Under the pieces are notes generated by a model. It was not told the origin of the DNA. It saw only the letters and a program-made list of their open reading frames with translations, and ran no database searches. Of a stretch of 64,000 nucleotides of DNA, positions 37,930 to 48,566 are shown in pieces (positions within the stretch are counted from its first letter, which is position 1; every line of letters starts with the position of its first letter). The stretch is from Saccharolobus solfataricus P2 (lineage in GTDB: Archaea; Thermoproteota; Thermoprotei_A; Sulfolobales; Sulfolobaceae): the NCBI RefSeq assembly GCF_000007005.1, contig NC_002754.1; one strand, 5' to 3'. A program made the translations under genes and the position numbers.

Positions 37930-38175
37930 TATACCACTCCATTTTAACCTTAAACATAAGATTAAAATGTTTTTGGGGGTAAAGTAGAGTGTGTACACGT
38001 CTTTATTCGCCTTAGTTCTAATAAGTTATACAGATAAATGATGATTTTGACTCATGTAAGTATTGTCTTCACTCCCTTATCAGATAAACTTAGAAATGTA
38101 AGAGATATTTTAGTTATAAGATTCTATATGAGATCTTTTATCAATATATCCTTATCTAATGAGAACTTTTTATAA

Positions 38176-39490
38176 CAGACGGGGGTTCAAAGGGGGCGGA
38201 AAACTTCGCCTCTTTGAGATGGATCCCTTTGTAGAAAAGTTAAAAATAGGAAAATAACGAAATACACATCAATGCCCACCTTAGGGTTTCGCTTCCGTGC
38301 ATACACTGACGAACAAACCCTTAGGGCGTTAAAAGCCCAGTTGAAGTTAACATGTGAAATCTACAACACCTTAAGGTGGGCAGACATATACTTTTACCAA
38401 AGGGATGGGAAAGGACTTACGCAGACTGAGTTAAGACAGTTGGCTCTAGATCTGAGAAAACAAGATGATGAGTATAAGCAACTCTACTCGCAAGTGGTTC
38501 AACAAGTAGCTGACCGTTATTCCGAAGCTAAGAAGAGGTTTTTTGAAGGTTTAGCACGTTTCCCAAAAGAAAAGAAACCTCATAAATACTACTCCCTTGT
38601 CTATACGCAAAGCGGTTGGAAAATACTTCACGTTAGAGAAATAAGAAAAGGCAAGAAGAATAAGAAGAAACTAATAACGCTTAAACTATCAAATCTTGGT
38701 ACGTTCAAGGTAATAGTTCACCGAGACTTTCCCCTTGACAAAGTAAAGAGGGTAGTAGTGAAGCTAACAAGATCTGAGAGGATTTACATCACTTTCGTAG
38801 TTGATCACGAATTCCCCAAGTTACCTAACACGGGTAAGGTAGTGGCGATAGATGTTGGTGTAGAAAAGTTGTTAATAACGTCGGATGGTGAGTATTTTCC
38901 TAATTTGAGACCTTACGAGAAAGCGTTATGGAAAGTGAAGCATATACACAGAGAACTTTCAAGGAAGAAGTTCCTCTCTAATAATTGGTTTAAGGCTAAG
39001 GTTAAGCTTGCTAGGGCTTATGAGCATTTGAAGAATCTAAGAACGGATCTTTACATGAAGTTGGGCAAGTGGTTTGCTGAGCATTATGACGTTGTGGTGA
39101 TGGAAGGTATTCACGCTAAACAGCTTGTGGGTAAGTCCTTGAGGTCTCTGAGGAGGAGATTGAGTGATGTGGGATTTGGTGAGTTGAGGGGTGTGCTGAA
39201 GTATCAGCTGGAAAAATACGGTAAGAAACTCATCCTAGTTAATCCTGCATACACTTCCAAAACTTGTGCTAGGTGCGGGTATGTGAAAAATGACTTGTCT
39301 CTATCTGATCGTGTTTTCGTTTGTCCCAACTGTGGTTGGATTGCAGATCGTGACTATAATGCTTCTCTTAACATCTTACGTGGATCGGGGTCGGAGCGAC
39401 CCTTAGTGTGGAGCTCCGCCCTCTACCAGTACTCTGGCAAGGTGGGGCTGTGAAGCAGGAAGCTCCCTCATTTATGAGGGGGTAGCTCAC
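38176..39490 (+). mobile_element. IS200/IS605-family TnpB-only element (ISC1316-like); left boundary approximate
   Basis: Left hairpin TCAAAGGGGGCG..CGCCTCTTTGA; right end CTCCCTCA..TGAGGGGGTAGCTCAC; about 1315 bp. Confidence 0.88.
38272..39453 (+). CDS. tnpB: TnpB RNA-guided endonuclease, catalytic D/E/D intact
   Basis: AIDVG, VMEG, CARCG..CPNCG zinc finger, [10 protein letters not shown]. Confidence 0.95.
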   Translation: MPTLGFRFRAYTDEQTLRALKAQLKLTCEIYNTLRWADIYFYQRDGKGLTQTELRQLALDLRKQDDEYKQLYSQVVQQVADRYSEAKKRFFEGLARFPKEKKPHKYYSLVYTQSGWKILHVREIRKGKKNKKKLITLKLSNLGTFKVIVHRDFPLDKVKRVVVKLTRSERIYITFVVDHEFPKLPNTGKVVAIDVGVEKLLITSDGEYFPNLRPYEKALWKVKHIHRELSRKKFLSNNWFKAKVKLARAYEHLKNLRTDLYMKLGKWFAEHYDVVVMEGIHAKQLVGKSLRSLRRRLSDVGFGELRGVLKYQLEKYGKKLILVNPAYTSKTCARCGYVKNDLSLSDRVFVCPNCGWIADRDYNASLNILRGSGSERPLVWSSALYQYSGKVGL

Positions 39491-39510
39491 AGGCGATGAG
39501 GAATAAACGG
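39340..39510 (+). ncRNA. Predicted TnpB omega/reRNA; ends approximate
   Basis: GC-rich structured right end overlapping the tnpB 3' end and ending in TCAC; the flank AGGCGATGAGGAATAAACGG would be the guide. Confidence 0.6.
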
Positions 39511-40028
39511 ATATATGTTAAGCTAATAGACCAGATTTGAACATAAATATCAATTACTGTTTACAATATCGATAAAGTTATCATAGAATAGATAGGAAGT
39601 TTTAATGATATTTTTGAGGTTTTGACGGTTTTAAGTCATAACTGTTAGCCCTAAGAGTATGGATAACAGTTTCTTTAATTTGAAACTTAGTTTAAAATTC
39701 CCTAACACCACTTTCGTCAAATGCCTTAATTATGTAATAAAAATTTTTGAAAAGTGGGTTTAAAAATCACGACATCCTTTATGTCAACTACTGAATCGTA
39801 TGTTAAATTGAAAATCAATTAATACTTTAAATGATTTATACTGAATAACGAATTGTTGTCTAAACTCAGTCCTAAAATACAAAGAATATATCGCATGAAT
39901 GTTTAGGAATTTGAGAGGCGAACTTAAAAGTCAAGGAAGTAAATGATCGAAAGCTTTTCATCTAAGGTGTCTAAGAAAACTGCTTCATGATGCAACTTTA
40001 ATTTGTTGCTCAACAATATAAGTGTGCT

Positions 40029-41321
40029 ATGAGATATGATGTAATAATTATTGGTGCTGGCCATAATGGTTTAGTTTCCTCAATATATTTAGCTCAGAAA
40101 GGCCTTAAGGTATTAGTTATCGAGGCCAGGGATAGACCCGGAGGAATGGCTGACACTGCAGAATATAAGGGGGTTAAATACAGTAGAGCATCTTATGTAT
40201 TAGGACTATTTCCTAAAAGAATCCAAGAGGAATTAGGGATAGTTTTTCCCACGATTGACTCAGATATTGCAGATGTTTTTGTCACGGAAGAGGGAAAGGT
40301 TGTGAATATATGGAGAAATAAAGAGAAGAGACTCGAGGAACTTAAGCGCCTAGGTCAATACAAATACCCTAAAATGGAGGAGCTACTGTTCAAGATTAAG
40401 GAGAAGATTGAACAAGAGATGCAATACGTTATCAAACCACCGTCATTTGAGGATTTCAAGAAAGCAGTAGAAGGAACTGAACTTGAAATATTTACTCAAC
40501 CATCCAGAAAGTTTCTAAATGAATACTTAGATGAGGAATTCCAGCCCTATTTCTCATATGGATTTATGTATGATTTGCCAGCGTACGTTGTAGCATATTA
40601 TTTTAGTCTAGATTGGAAGATAGTGAAAGGAGGAATGGGAAAAGTAGGAGAAATGTTAATGAGTAGAGCTAGACAATTAGGCGTAGATTTCCTATTCAAT
40701 ACAAAGATAAGTGAGATAGTTATCAAAGATAATGTGGCTACTGGTGTGAGAACTGACAATGATAAAATTGTTGAGAGTAAAATAGTGATCAATGCAGCAA
40801 GCCCGGTTCTACTGAACAAATTAACCAACGGACTGCTTAAAGTTCACCATCCAGAGTTTAGACCAAGATGGAAGAGGGATACTTTAGTGCTAAGGGAATT
40901 ACCAAATCTACCAGATTATATGAGAAGCCATTTAGATACGTTATTTACGTTACCTATAGGCGAAGTTACTATTCCTTCTGCTGTTGATAATAGCCTAGGA
41001 GGTCATGTGATGACAATAATGGGTAGTTATGAAGAGGCTAAAGAGTTCTTCCCAGATTTGGAAAAGAAGGTGATATATATTGATAGACTAGATGCATATA
41101 AGCTCGAGAGAGAATATAATGCCCCCTACGGCGATATGAATCATATGCCAATGTACACAGAATACTTATTCGATGGCAGACCGGTTAAAGGTTGGGGATA
41201 CGCTACTCCAATTAAGAACCTCTATATAACAGGCTCAGGGACTTACCCAGGAGGACAAGTTACTGGAGTACCGGGTAGAAATGCTGCAATGAAGATTATG
41301 ACTGATTTGGGTATTGAATAA
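40029..41321 (+). CDS. Phytoene dehydrogenase-like FAD oxidoreductase
   Basis: IGAGHNGL Rossmann motif; KGGMG; YITGSGTYPGGQVTGVPGRNAA. Confidence 0.88.
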   Translation: MRYDVIIIGAGHNGLVSSIYLAQKGLKVLVIEARDRPGGMADTAEYKGVKYSRASYVLGLFPKRIQEELGIVFPTIDSDIADVFVTEEGKVVNIWRNKEKRLEELKRLGQYKYPKMEELLFKIKEKIEQEMQYVIKPPSFEDFKKAVEGTELEIFTQPSRKFLNEYLDEEFQPYFSYGFMYDLPAYVVAYYFSLDWKIVKGGMGKVGEMLMSRARQLGVDFLFNTKISEIVIKDNVATGVRTDNDKIVESKIVINAASPVLLNKLTNGLLKVHHPEFRPRWKRDTLVLRELPNLPDYMRSHLDTLFTLPIGEVTIPSAVDNSLGGHVMTIMGSYEEAKEFFPDLEKKVIYIDRLDAYKLEREYNAPYGDMNHMPMYTEYLFDGRPVKGWGYATPIKNLYITGSGTYPGGQVTGVPGRNAAMKIMTDLGIE

Positions 41322-41329
41322 TGCAATTA

Positions 41330-41730
41330 ACTATAAGATCACTCGAATAGAAGTCTAGAGGATTTTCCTAGAAATATTGAAGAAGTATAATGTAGAGATA
41401 TTAATAAATGTAATGAGTTGGTCTAAAAGTTTTAGATATCCTACTTTAGTACGATGAACTTCAATAGAACTTTGAAAGAAAATGGAATAGAATATTTACG
41501 GAAGGAAGAGTTAGGAGATTACAAGAGAATCGGAAAAATTTTCCTTATTTTTTACTTTTCGGTTGCAGTCTGCTGGGAGACACCATAAGGGTTGGAAGAG
41601 GAGAAAAAGTAGAAATGCTGGTCCGTGTCGTTGGGCTTGTACGAGTTTCATAACCTTGTAATTGAGGGTTAACTTCATCATGACTGCGCATGAAATGAAG
41701 ATATATTGCAAACGGAAGAAAGGTATATCA
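41330..41730 (+). pseudogene. Degraded DUF488-like gene; boundaries approximate
   Basis: Fragments LEILKKYNVEILINVMSWSKSFRYP and LKENGIEYLRKEELG in different frames, with stops. Confidence 0.55.
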
Positions 41731-42540
41731 ACTAATTTTTAATATTCTTTTAGCATTATCTCTCATTATCTTCTCGTTTTTTAAAACGTTGTATACTTGG
41801 TAAGCGTACTCTGCTAGATCTTGCCCCTTGAATGCTGGGAAATCACTTCCGTAAATTACTTTATCGGATATCTCATGTATTCTAGGTAGGACTTTCAATA
41901 TATTCTTAGGGGGTATAGATGAGATTTCCAAGAAAATATTTTGTGTAAAACGTGCCATGTGGAATGCCGTATTATACCATAATGGCCTCCCTGCATGTGC
42001 CAAGATTATCCTAAGCTTAGGAAAATCCTTTGCAATATCATCAGCGTAAATTGGATCAGCGTATTTGTTTCTACTCCCCACTCCTATACTGGTTCCAGTG
42101 TGAATTAGGATTGGTAAACCGTGATCTTCAGCAAATTCATAAATGTAAAGTAGTTGCTTTAATCCTCCTTCCTCTTCCCTATAGGCATTAGGTTTGAATG
42201 TGTGATGTACAGGGTGTAACTTAATTCCTATGATGCCTAATGAATATTGTCTTTCTAACTCTCTTTTAACATCGCATTTTAGTGGGTTTACCTCTCCCCA
42301 CTGCATATAAAGGTCTGGGTTTCTCTTCCTTTCCTCGTAATCAATGTAAAATCCATCGTAACAATCTTCACTATGACATGGATGTGAGGGAACAAGGAGG
42401 ATTTTTTCAATTTCTACATTATCGTTCTTTAAAGTCATCCTTGTTCCTTCAACATTTTCTAGGAATTCCTTACAATGTTCTGGGATCTTTCTAGCATATA
42501 TGTGATAGTGAACATGAGCATCAATGACTTTTATCATCAA
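41728..42540 (-). CDS. Amidohydrolase family 2 protein
   Basis: IDAHVH, GIKLHP, IHTG, LAHAG and YGSDFP motifs. Confidence 0.9.
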   Translation of the reverse strand: MMIKVIDAHVHYHIYARKIPEHCKEFLENVEGTRMTLKNDNVEIEKILLVPSHPCHSEDCYDGFYIDYEERKRNPDLYMQWGEVNPLKCDVKRELERQYSLGIIGIKLHPVHHTFKPNAYREEEGGLKQLLYIYEFAEDHGLPILIHTGTSIGVGSRNKYADPIYADDIAKDFPKLRIILAHAGRPLWYNTAFHMARFTQNIFLEISSIPPKNILKVLPRIHEISDKVIYGSDFPAFKGQDLAEYAYQVYNVLKNEKIMRDNAKRILKIS

Positions 42541-42565
42541 GATTAGGTATGTTTCTTTTCTATTA

Positions 42566-43201
42566 TTAATACCTATCTTCGATTTTGAAATGATGAAACT
42601 CTTCCTGAGACGCTATTATCTTTAGTATTACCCTCTTAGCCTCTTCCTTATATTGAATTATATTTATATCTGGAGGAGTTAGTCCTCTACATCTCATCTT
42701 TAGTATTTCATCTCTTATATCTCCCATTTTCTTAGCTAGAGCCTTAATTTCAGTGTTGTCATAACCTAGAGCCTCAACTAAGTTTCTAGTCACCCTTATG
42801 TTCTTCCTTAATTCGTGGAAGTCTGTAATATCTTGTATTTGATGCAAAGAGGAGAGAATTCTATTATATATAGTAAGTCTGACCCCGTATATCTTATCAT
42901 TTACGAAACAAACTTGAAGTTCTCTAACATCCTTTAGCGCCCTAATAGCCAGCTTAGTTCTCTCTCCATTAGCTATTTCACAAATATCCATATCTCTGAC
43001 CTTTCCTAATCTTTTAATTGCCTCTTTTGCTAAGAATAGGCATTCCACGTTTTCATATACTGGATGGATAGCGTATAGCACATCGAAATACTTTCTCACA
43101 GCCACTCTCATATCGTGAATTTCCTCAACGCCAATACCGTTTATTTGGATAGCCTTTTTGAGCTGTAGGTTAAGGTAATCCTTAACTTGTGATATTGTCA
43201 A
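42566..43201 (-). CDS. Stand-alone CHAD (polyphosphate-binding) protein
   Basis: EEIHDMRVAVRK, LGKVRDMD, FHELRK and MGDIRD motifs. Confidence 0.88.
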   Translation of the reverse strand: MTISQVKDYLNLQLKKAIQINGIGVEEIHDMRVAVRKYFDVLYAIHPVYENVECLFLAKEAIKRLGKVRDMDICEIANGERTKLAIRALKDVRELQVCFVNDKIYGVRLTIYNRILSSLHQIQDITDFHELRKNIRVTRNLVEALGYDNTEIKALAKKMGDIRDEILKMRCRGLTPPDINIIQYKEEAKRVILKIIASQEEFHHFKIEDRY

Positions 43202-43808
43202 TTCTTCTCACTATCTCCTTCTGTACCTCATCAAATTCCTTGTCAGTGTATATTATGTTTTCTCTAGAGGAAATTGACATTAAAGCTTCTTGAAACCTAT
43301 TAATATAATCTATGTAGGCCTCAAATGTGTCCTCCTTGATGCATATATCTATTCCGGTTTCTAATGGATCCAGATAACCCCTTTTCTTTATTATCCTTCT
43401 TACTATTTCATCTGGTGTTGATATCAGTGGTAAAGAGATTGAAGGTTTAGGAAGCATTGAGAGGACGTCATCTATCCATTCCTTCTCTAAACCTCTGGTT
43501 AATCCCCAAGAAGTTAATGTTAATGTGTAACCATCAGCTAAGGCTATAAATCCAGAATCTATTGATGGTTTAACATAATTCTCAATTTGGTCAGCCAAGT
43601 CTGTGACATAAGCTAAAAACAATGTTCTCCTTTCAAATATTATATTCCTCTTGACTTGTGCTATTCTATCTCCTATTAATTTAGACATCTGTAACCCAAA
43701 TGTAACTACTCCATATCCTTCTTTCTCCAAATACTTTTTAGTAGCCTCTAGATGAGATGTTTTCCCAGAACCTTCAATTCCCTCAAAGGCTATTATCAAT
43801 ATATTCAC
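43182..43808 (-). CDS. Thymidylate kinase-like protein, probable polyphosphate kinase (PPK3) subunit
   Basis: [10 protein letters not shown]-loop; DGY in place of DRY; inside the polyP operon. Confidence 0.75.
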   Translation of the reverse strand: MNILIIAFEGIEGSGKTSHLEATKKYLEKEGYGVVTFGLQMSKLIGDRIAQVKRNIIFERRTLFLAYVTDLADQIENYVKPSIDSGFIALADGYTLTLTSWGLTRGLEKEWIDDVLSMLPKPSISLPLISTPDEIVRRIIKKRGYLDPLETGIDICIKEDTFEAYIDYINRFQEALMSISSRENIIYTDKEFDEVQKEIVRRIDNITS

Positions 43809-44424
43809 CTAAAATTTTTCTTATATCAATCTGAACGTCCTTTAATGGTCTATTTCCGTCTATTGTTATGAAGTTGCTTTCCTCTTTAGCTATTTTATCG
43901 TAAATCTCTACAATTCTACTCTGATATTTTAAGAAGCCCTCTTCTAAAGGTATCTCACCCAGTATATCAATTCCAGCCTCTTGTGGTTTTATTTTTCTCT
44001 TAGCTTTCCTAATTCTCTCCAAAGCAATTTCTGGAGTAACCCTTATGTAAAAGGTAAAGTTAGGCTTTATTGCGAAGGAGTATAGTCTCTTCACCCAATC
44101 AAAGTCCACGTTCCTAACAACATCTCTGGCGTAAGCAGTATATACGTATCGATCGCATATTACAACGAATCCGCTCTTGAGCATTGGTAAAATATATCTT
44201 TCATATCTGTCTGAGAAATCAGTGGCGTGAATAAGACTAAAGGTTATTGATGTAAGCATATTCTTCTTTTTTGCCTCCTTTATTATATCGTGGATCCATT
44301 CAGATGAGTTCCATTCAGTTAGGTAAACGTCTCTTCTCATTTCAATCCAATCTTTTAGTAATACAGCTTGACTGGACTTTCCAGAACCATCAATACCTTC
44401 AAAAGCTATTAATAAGCCTCTCAT
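43783..44424 (-). CDS. Thymidylate kinase-like protein, probable polyphosphate kinase (PPK3) subunit
   Basis: [10 protein letters not shown]-loop, DRY motif; overlaps ppx. Confidence 0.75.
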   Translation of the reverse strand: MRGLLIAFEGIDGSGKSSQAVLLKDWIEMRRDVYLTEWNSSEWIHDIIKEAKKKNMLTSITFSLIHATDFSDRYERYILPMLKSGFVVICDRYVYTAYARDVVRNVDFDWVKRLYSFAIKPNFTFYIRVTPEIALERIRKAKRKIKPQEAGIDILGEIPLEEGFLKYQSRIVEIYDKIAKEESNFITIDGNRPLKDVQIDIRKILGEYIDNSL

Positions 44425-45674
44425 ACTCTTACACCGACAACGTACTTGTCTATACTATTCTTTACTATATTTCCGAAACTTAATAACTCTTTTTTTGTAA
44501 TATCGTCCTTTAAAAGTTTCACATGTTTTTTCTTAACTTTCCCACTAGCAGCCTCACAAATCAAACCAATTAACAATACCTCATCTAGAGTAAAACCAGG
44601 TAAAACTGATTCCTTGATAAATCTATAGCAAGCCCTAAATGGGTTGAAATACCCTACCATTTTAAAGATTAACGATAAGAGAGCAGAGGAAGCGACATAG
44701 AAGGAGTACTTACTATCAACCTCGCTCATTACCTCTTTAAAAATTCCGAAAGGAGGATCAATTGCATTAGAATATGATATTTCTTCCAACCAATTCATCT
44801 TATCCAATTTCTTACCTTCAGTTAATACTCCCTCTCTCATACCGAAAAGGGAGACAATCATGTCGCTCCCATTGAGATATTTTATAAGTTCATCAACAAT
44901 TACTGAAGCTGAATGTATAGTTAAAGCCCTTTCCTTACTTATCCCAGGGAGGGATTTCCTACTCTCATCATCTAGTGAAGGTAAAAGGGAGGCATATTTA
45001 CTAATTTGTTTCGAAGATAGTAAATAACCGTGTACTGACTTTGTCGGAAAAGAAGATAGCTTGAGATCGAGCTTAGCTAGTGCCCTAACGTTCCCTCCTG
45101 AGCCAACCATGATATTAGCTTTCTTAATATTTATAGTTGAGAGCTCATCGGATACTTTTTTTCTAATTTCCCTTTCTGGAAGGCTAACTAATTTCAATGC
45201 TCCAATTGGCAATTGATGCACTCTAATTATATTACCCGAGGTAACTTCGGCTATTTCCAATGATCCCCCACCTAATTCGAAAAATATTCCGTCAGGAATT
45301 GGGAGCGTGTTTAACATACCCAAAGCGGCATAACTCCCTTCTTCCTCTCCGGAAATTACTCTAACTTCATTTTCTATTATTTTGCTTAGCCTTAGCCTAA
45401 CCTCGTTACCGTTAGACGCATATCGAAATGCGCTAGTAGCAACTATTTTGACTTCATCTACGTTTATGCCATTTAATATTCTTTTAAAAATAGTAAAAGT
45501 CCTTTCTGCTTTTTCGACTTTTTCCTCTGGAATAGTATCTCCTTCCTTTAATCCTTCTCCTATTCTAACGAATGATTTAGAAGAACCAAGCGCTCTGAAC
45601 GTTCCGTTACGAAAAACTTGGTAAACTACCATTCGAAACGAATTATAGCCACAATCTATAACTGCCGATATCAT
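44421..45674 (-). CDS. ppx: Exopolyphosphatase (Ppx/GppA)
   Basis: [22 protein letters not shown] and FELGGGSLE motifs. Confidence 0.95.
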   Translation of the reverse strand: MISAVIDCGYNSFRMVVYQVFRNGTFRALGSSKSFVRIGEGLKEGDTIPEEKVEKAERTFTIFKRILNGINVDEVKIVATSAFRYASNGNEVRLRLSKIIENEVRVISGEEEGSYAALGMLNTLPIPDGIFFELGGGSLEIAEVTSGNIIRVHQLPIGALKLVSLPEREIRKKVSDELSTINIKKANIMVGSGGNVRALAKLDLKLSSFPTKSVHGYLLSSKQISKYASLLPSLDDESRKSLPGISKERALTIHSASVIVDELIKYLNGSDMIVSLFGMREGVLTEGKKLDKMNWLEEISYSNAIDPPFGIFKEVMSEVDSKYSFYVASSALLSLIFKMVGYFNPFRACYRFIKESVLPGFTLDEVLLIGLICEAASGKVKKKHVKLLKDDITKKELLSFGNIVKNSIDKYVVGVRV

Positions 45675-46160
45675 CTAAATCAGCTTAAGAACTTTCTGGC
45701 TGAGTAGGATTTTCAGGGTCCCTCTTCCTTCCTTCAGATCATAATCTAAAACTGCAACCCCACCTTTCTTAATCTCAACGTTAGCTCCACTTATCGTCTT
45801 TACGAAACTGGATAAATATGGTTCATGACCAACTACGAGAATTGTTGAGTTATCAACGAAATCCTTAAGTTTTTCCAAAAATAGAGAAGGTTCCTTATCT
45901 GGAGTCAAATCATCGAAAGTTTCAACTTTTTTCTCACTATTGTCATCGAAGAGTTCCTCTAATATAACTTCGGCAGATTGATAGGCTCTCAAGTACGGAC
46001 TGGAAACTATTCTATCTACGTTAAATCCTAATTCCTCCAAGAAATTAGCCACTCTTCTCATCTGTTTCACTCCTTTTTTTACTAGTTTTCTGTCCTTATC
46101 CTCTTTACCATCAACTTGTGGTTCAGCGTCCCCATGCCTCACCAAGATTAAAGTTATCAT
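45675..46160 (-). CDS. sixA: Phosphohistidine phosphatase SixA
   Basis: LVRHGDAE, SSPYLRA and VGHEP motifs. Confidence 0.92.
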   Translation of the reverse strand: MITLILVRHGDAEPQVDGKEDKDRKLVKKGVKQMRRVANFLEELGFNVDRIVSSPYLRAYQSAEVILEELFDDNSEKKVETFDDLTPDKEPSLFLEKLKDFVDNSTILVVGHEPYLSSFVKTISGANVEIKKGGVAVLDYDLKEGRGTLKILLSQKVLKLI

Positions 46161-47324
46161 ATCTATAATACCGTTTCAGAATATTTAAACATTTTTATAG
46201 CATAGTCATATAATTGTACAGTTGTTTTAAAAATTTAATAGTTCTTTCCGTATGCGCAGTTATAACAATTTCTACGTTAGAGTTAAATGAAAGGTCCTGC
46301 ACTATTAATGATAAGAAACTGATTCACTAGTTAAGTTATCATATTATTATTAAAGCGAACCGTTTCTTCTTATCAAAATCAGAAGAATTTCTTGATAGCA
46401 ACAATATTATTCAAGGGGCTCTTGCAAAGATTTAAATAAATAAGGAGGGAAATAGTTAAGTAAAAGCTAACGTTAGGAAGCAATAAGGTAGACGGAGAGC
46501 TATTAGAGGGTGGAGGAAGTTCAGACTGTTTTATTGATCTGTTGGACATTTTTTCACACTGAACTATTATTATCTTCCTTTCAATAATCTCAAGTGTACA
46601 ATTTAGGTTTGCAATGTCTCTTGAATATTTGTGGAAATTCAGCAAATCAATAAAGCGTGTTCGAGTAAAATGTTAAAAACTTTAGTCTTCATGAAGATAT
46701 TTAACTGTAGTATCACCAGTTACTGGTGTAGGTACAGTTGATATTTGATCTTCATCCAAAGGAAACCATTGAGGAACTTGTAGGTAGAGAGAAGGAGGTT
46801 GAGCATTGTATTTCGCAGATTCTTTCTAAAAACTGGATAATAATTGGCGGTCAAAGAGAGATTGGAAAAACTTCATTAATGAAAGTTGTTATAAACGAGA
46901 TAAAGAAAAGGGAGCAAATAGCCGGTATTTATATCAATTTAAGAGGAGTAAGAAGTTTAAATTCGCTTCTTACTATTTTAGTTTCAGAAATTAATAAGGA
47001 GAAAATCTCATGGAGGTTTAAAGTTAATATTAACTTTCTAATAACTTCAGCGGGAATTGAAATAAGAGGAGGTAGCAAAAGAAGGGTAGTAAATAGTTTA
47101 ATAGAACTCCTAAACTCGTCAGATGAGATAGTAATCGCATTCGATGAGGTACAAGAGTTGTCCTTTGCGTCTAAGCAGTTTTTGGACATCTTGGGAAACG
47201 TTTACGCAACTAATCCCAAAGTTCACATGATATTTTCCGGTTCTTATGTGGGTCTTGTTAAAGCTTTATTATCACCTCCGTCAGACTCTCCGCTACATGG
47301 AAGACCACCTACTGAGATTAGACT

Positions 47325-47613
47325 GTAACACATTTGCATAACTTTTAAATACTTTTAATCATTTCACAATATGATCTTTATTATGATTATGTTTATATAT
47401 TATTTCCTCTACATTATAAATTGATGAACTCCATACTGATGACGGGCTATGCTCACGAGGTATTGGGGCGACAAATACGGATGGGAGGGTAGTGGTGTTT
47501 CCCTCGACTAGCCCCAATGAGTTGAGGGTGAGTGTGTATGAGCCCTCAAGAGGGGTGCCCGTGGCGGAATTAGAAGTGGTTAAAAGTAAGCAGAAGTTAC
47601 GCCACGGGTAAAC
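47325..47613. mobile_element. 289-bp MITE-like insertion of unknown family
   Basis: 3-bp TSD ACT; imperfect 34-bp TIR (GT...GC(A/G)TAACTT...TACTTTTAA); excision restores the ATPase frame. Confidence 0.7.
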
Positions 47614-48220
47614 ACTAAAGCCATTTGATAGGGAAAAGTCAATTTACTTTTTAGAGAAAGGAATGCAAGAGCTAGGGATTAAATTCAATAGGCATGACGA
47701 GGTTATTGAAAAATTAGATGGTATAGCATTTATCGGAAAATCCTGGCAGTTCAAGAGGCCCATAAAAACTTTTTAAAATTAGAACCTTTAATTTTGGTAT
47801 GACCAAAGAATTGACGAGGGAGGAGTACTATAAGGCATTGGAAAAGGCAGTTAACGAGGTCATACTATCCATGACTGGAACGAGGAAGGACGTTGCCAAG
47901 AGGCTCGTCCTGGGGGCGGTTGTGGGAAGAAATGCTACCGAGATAGCTCAGGAGGCCGAGATGGACTACGAGACCGTGCTGAATAACTTGGACAAGGCAG
48001 CTCAAGCCAAACTAATCGAGGTCGTGAAGAAGTTAGTCGGGGATCATCCTGTCCTTCTCATAGTGGACGACACCCACGACCACAAGCTCTACGCTAGGGC
48101 CATGCCGGTCTCCAGAAACGGGGCGCAGATCTTCTACTGTAGGGCGCACAAGAGGTTCGAACCCGCGATCCAACTCCTTGTGATTGGCGTCAAGGATCTG
48201 GTGAACAACCAGATCTACGT

Positions 48221-48299
48221 TAGTGCTTTCAGAAAGTTTATAGCTTTAGGCAAAGGATATATCACTAGATCATAGTCTAAGAACTTTTCCAAAATACTA
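48221..48299. mobile_element. SM1-type MITE inside the ISC1217-like transposase
   Basis: GT TSD; excision restores QIYV-IHIIAY. Confidence 0.92.
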
Positions 48300-48421
48300 G
48301 TGATCCACATAATTGCCTACATACCCCGAAAGGTGGAAGAGGAGCTCAAGCGTAGGGGTGAGGAGGTGAAGTTCAAGACCAAGATAGATGCCCTCTTGGA
48401 GTTTCTCTCCTTATATAAAAC

Positions 48422-48566
48422 ATATTAGTCAGATCTGCGTATTACAGATCTGACTGGGGTTGAGGCCGTTGCTCTCCTTGGGCTTAGAGCTCGAGAGGGA
48501 GCTTGGCCTCCTCCAATTCGGACCGGAAGTTGGGCTTGAAGCCCGAATAAAACATAAGGGTGAGTA
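48422..48566 (+). ncRNA. Predicted IS110 bridge RNA (5' hairpin, target-binding loop, donor-binding loop); ends approximate
   Basis: Perfect 11-bp stem 48427-48455; guides match target (9/10 and 9/9) and donor junction (9/10 and 6/6). Confidence 0.85.

Noticed and set aside
37829-37942. Alternative Arg/Gly-rich frame (MEWYNDIRGRRG...) and the plus-strand Leu/Pro ORF over the same repeat
   Set aside because: The acidic frame has the SD-like sequence at proper spacing; the others are probably shadow frames, though this is not provable from sequence.
46379-46645. 88-aa minus-strand ORF
   Set aside because: TTG start, low-complexity composition and no motifs; unsupported.
47422-47470. TGATGA...CTGA as a C/D box sRNA
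   Set aside because: No terminal D box at the usual distance, and it lies within a MITE-like insertion.
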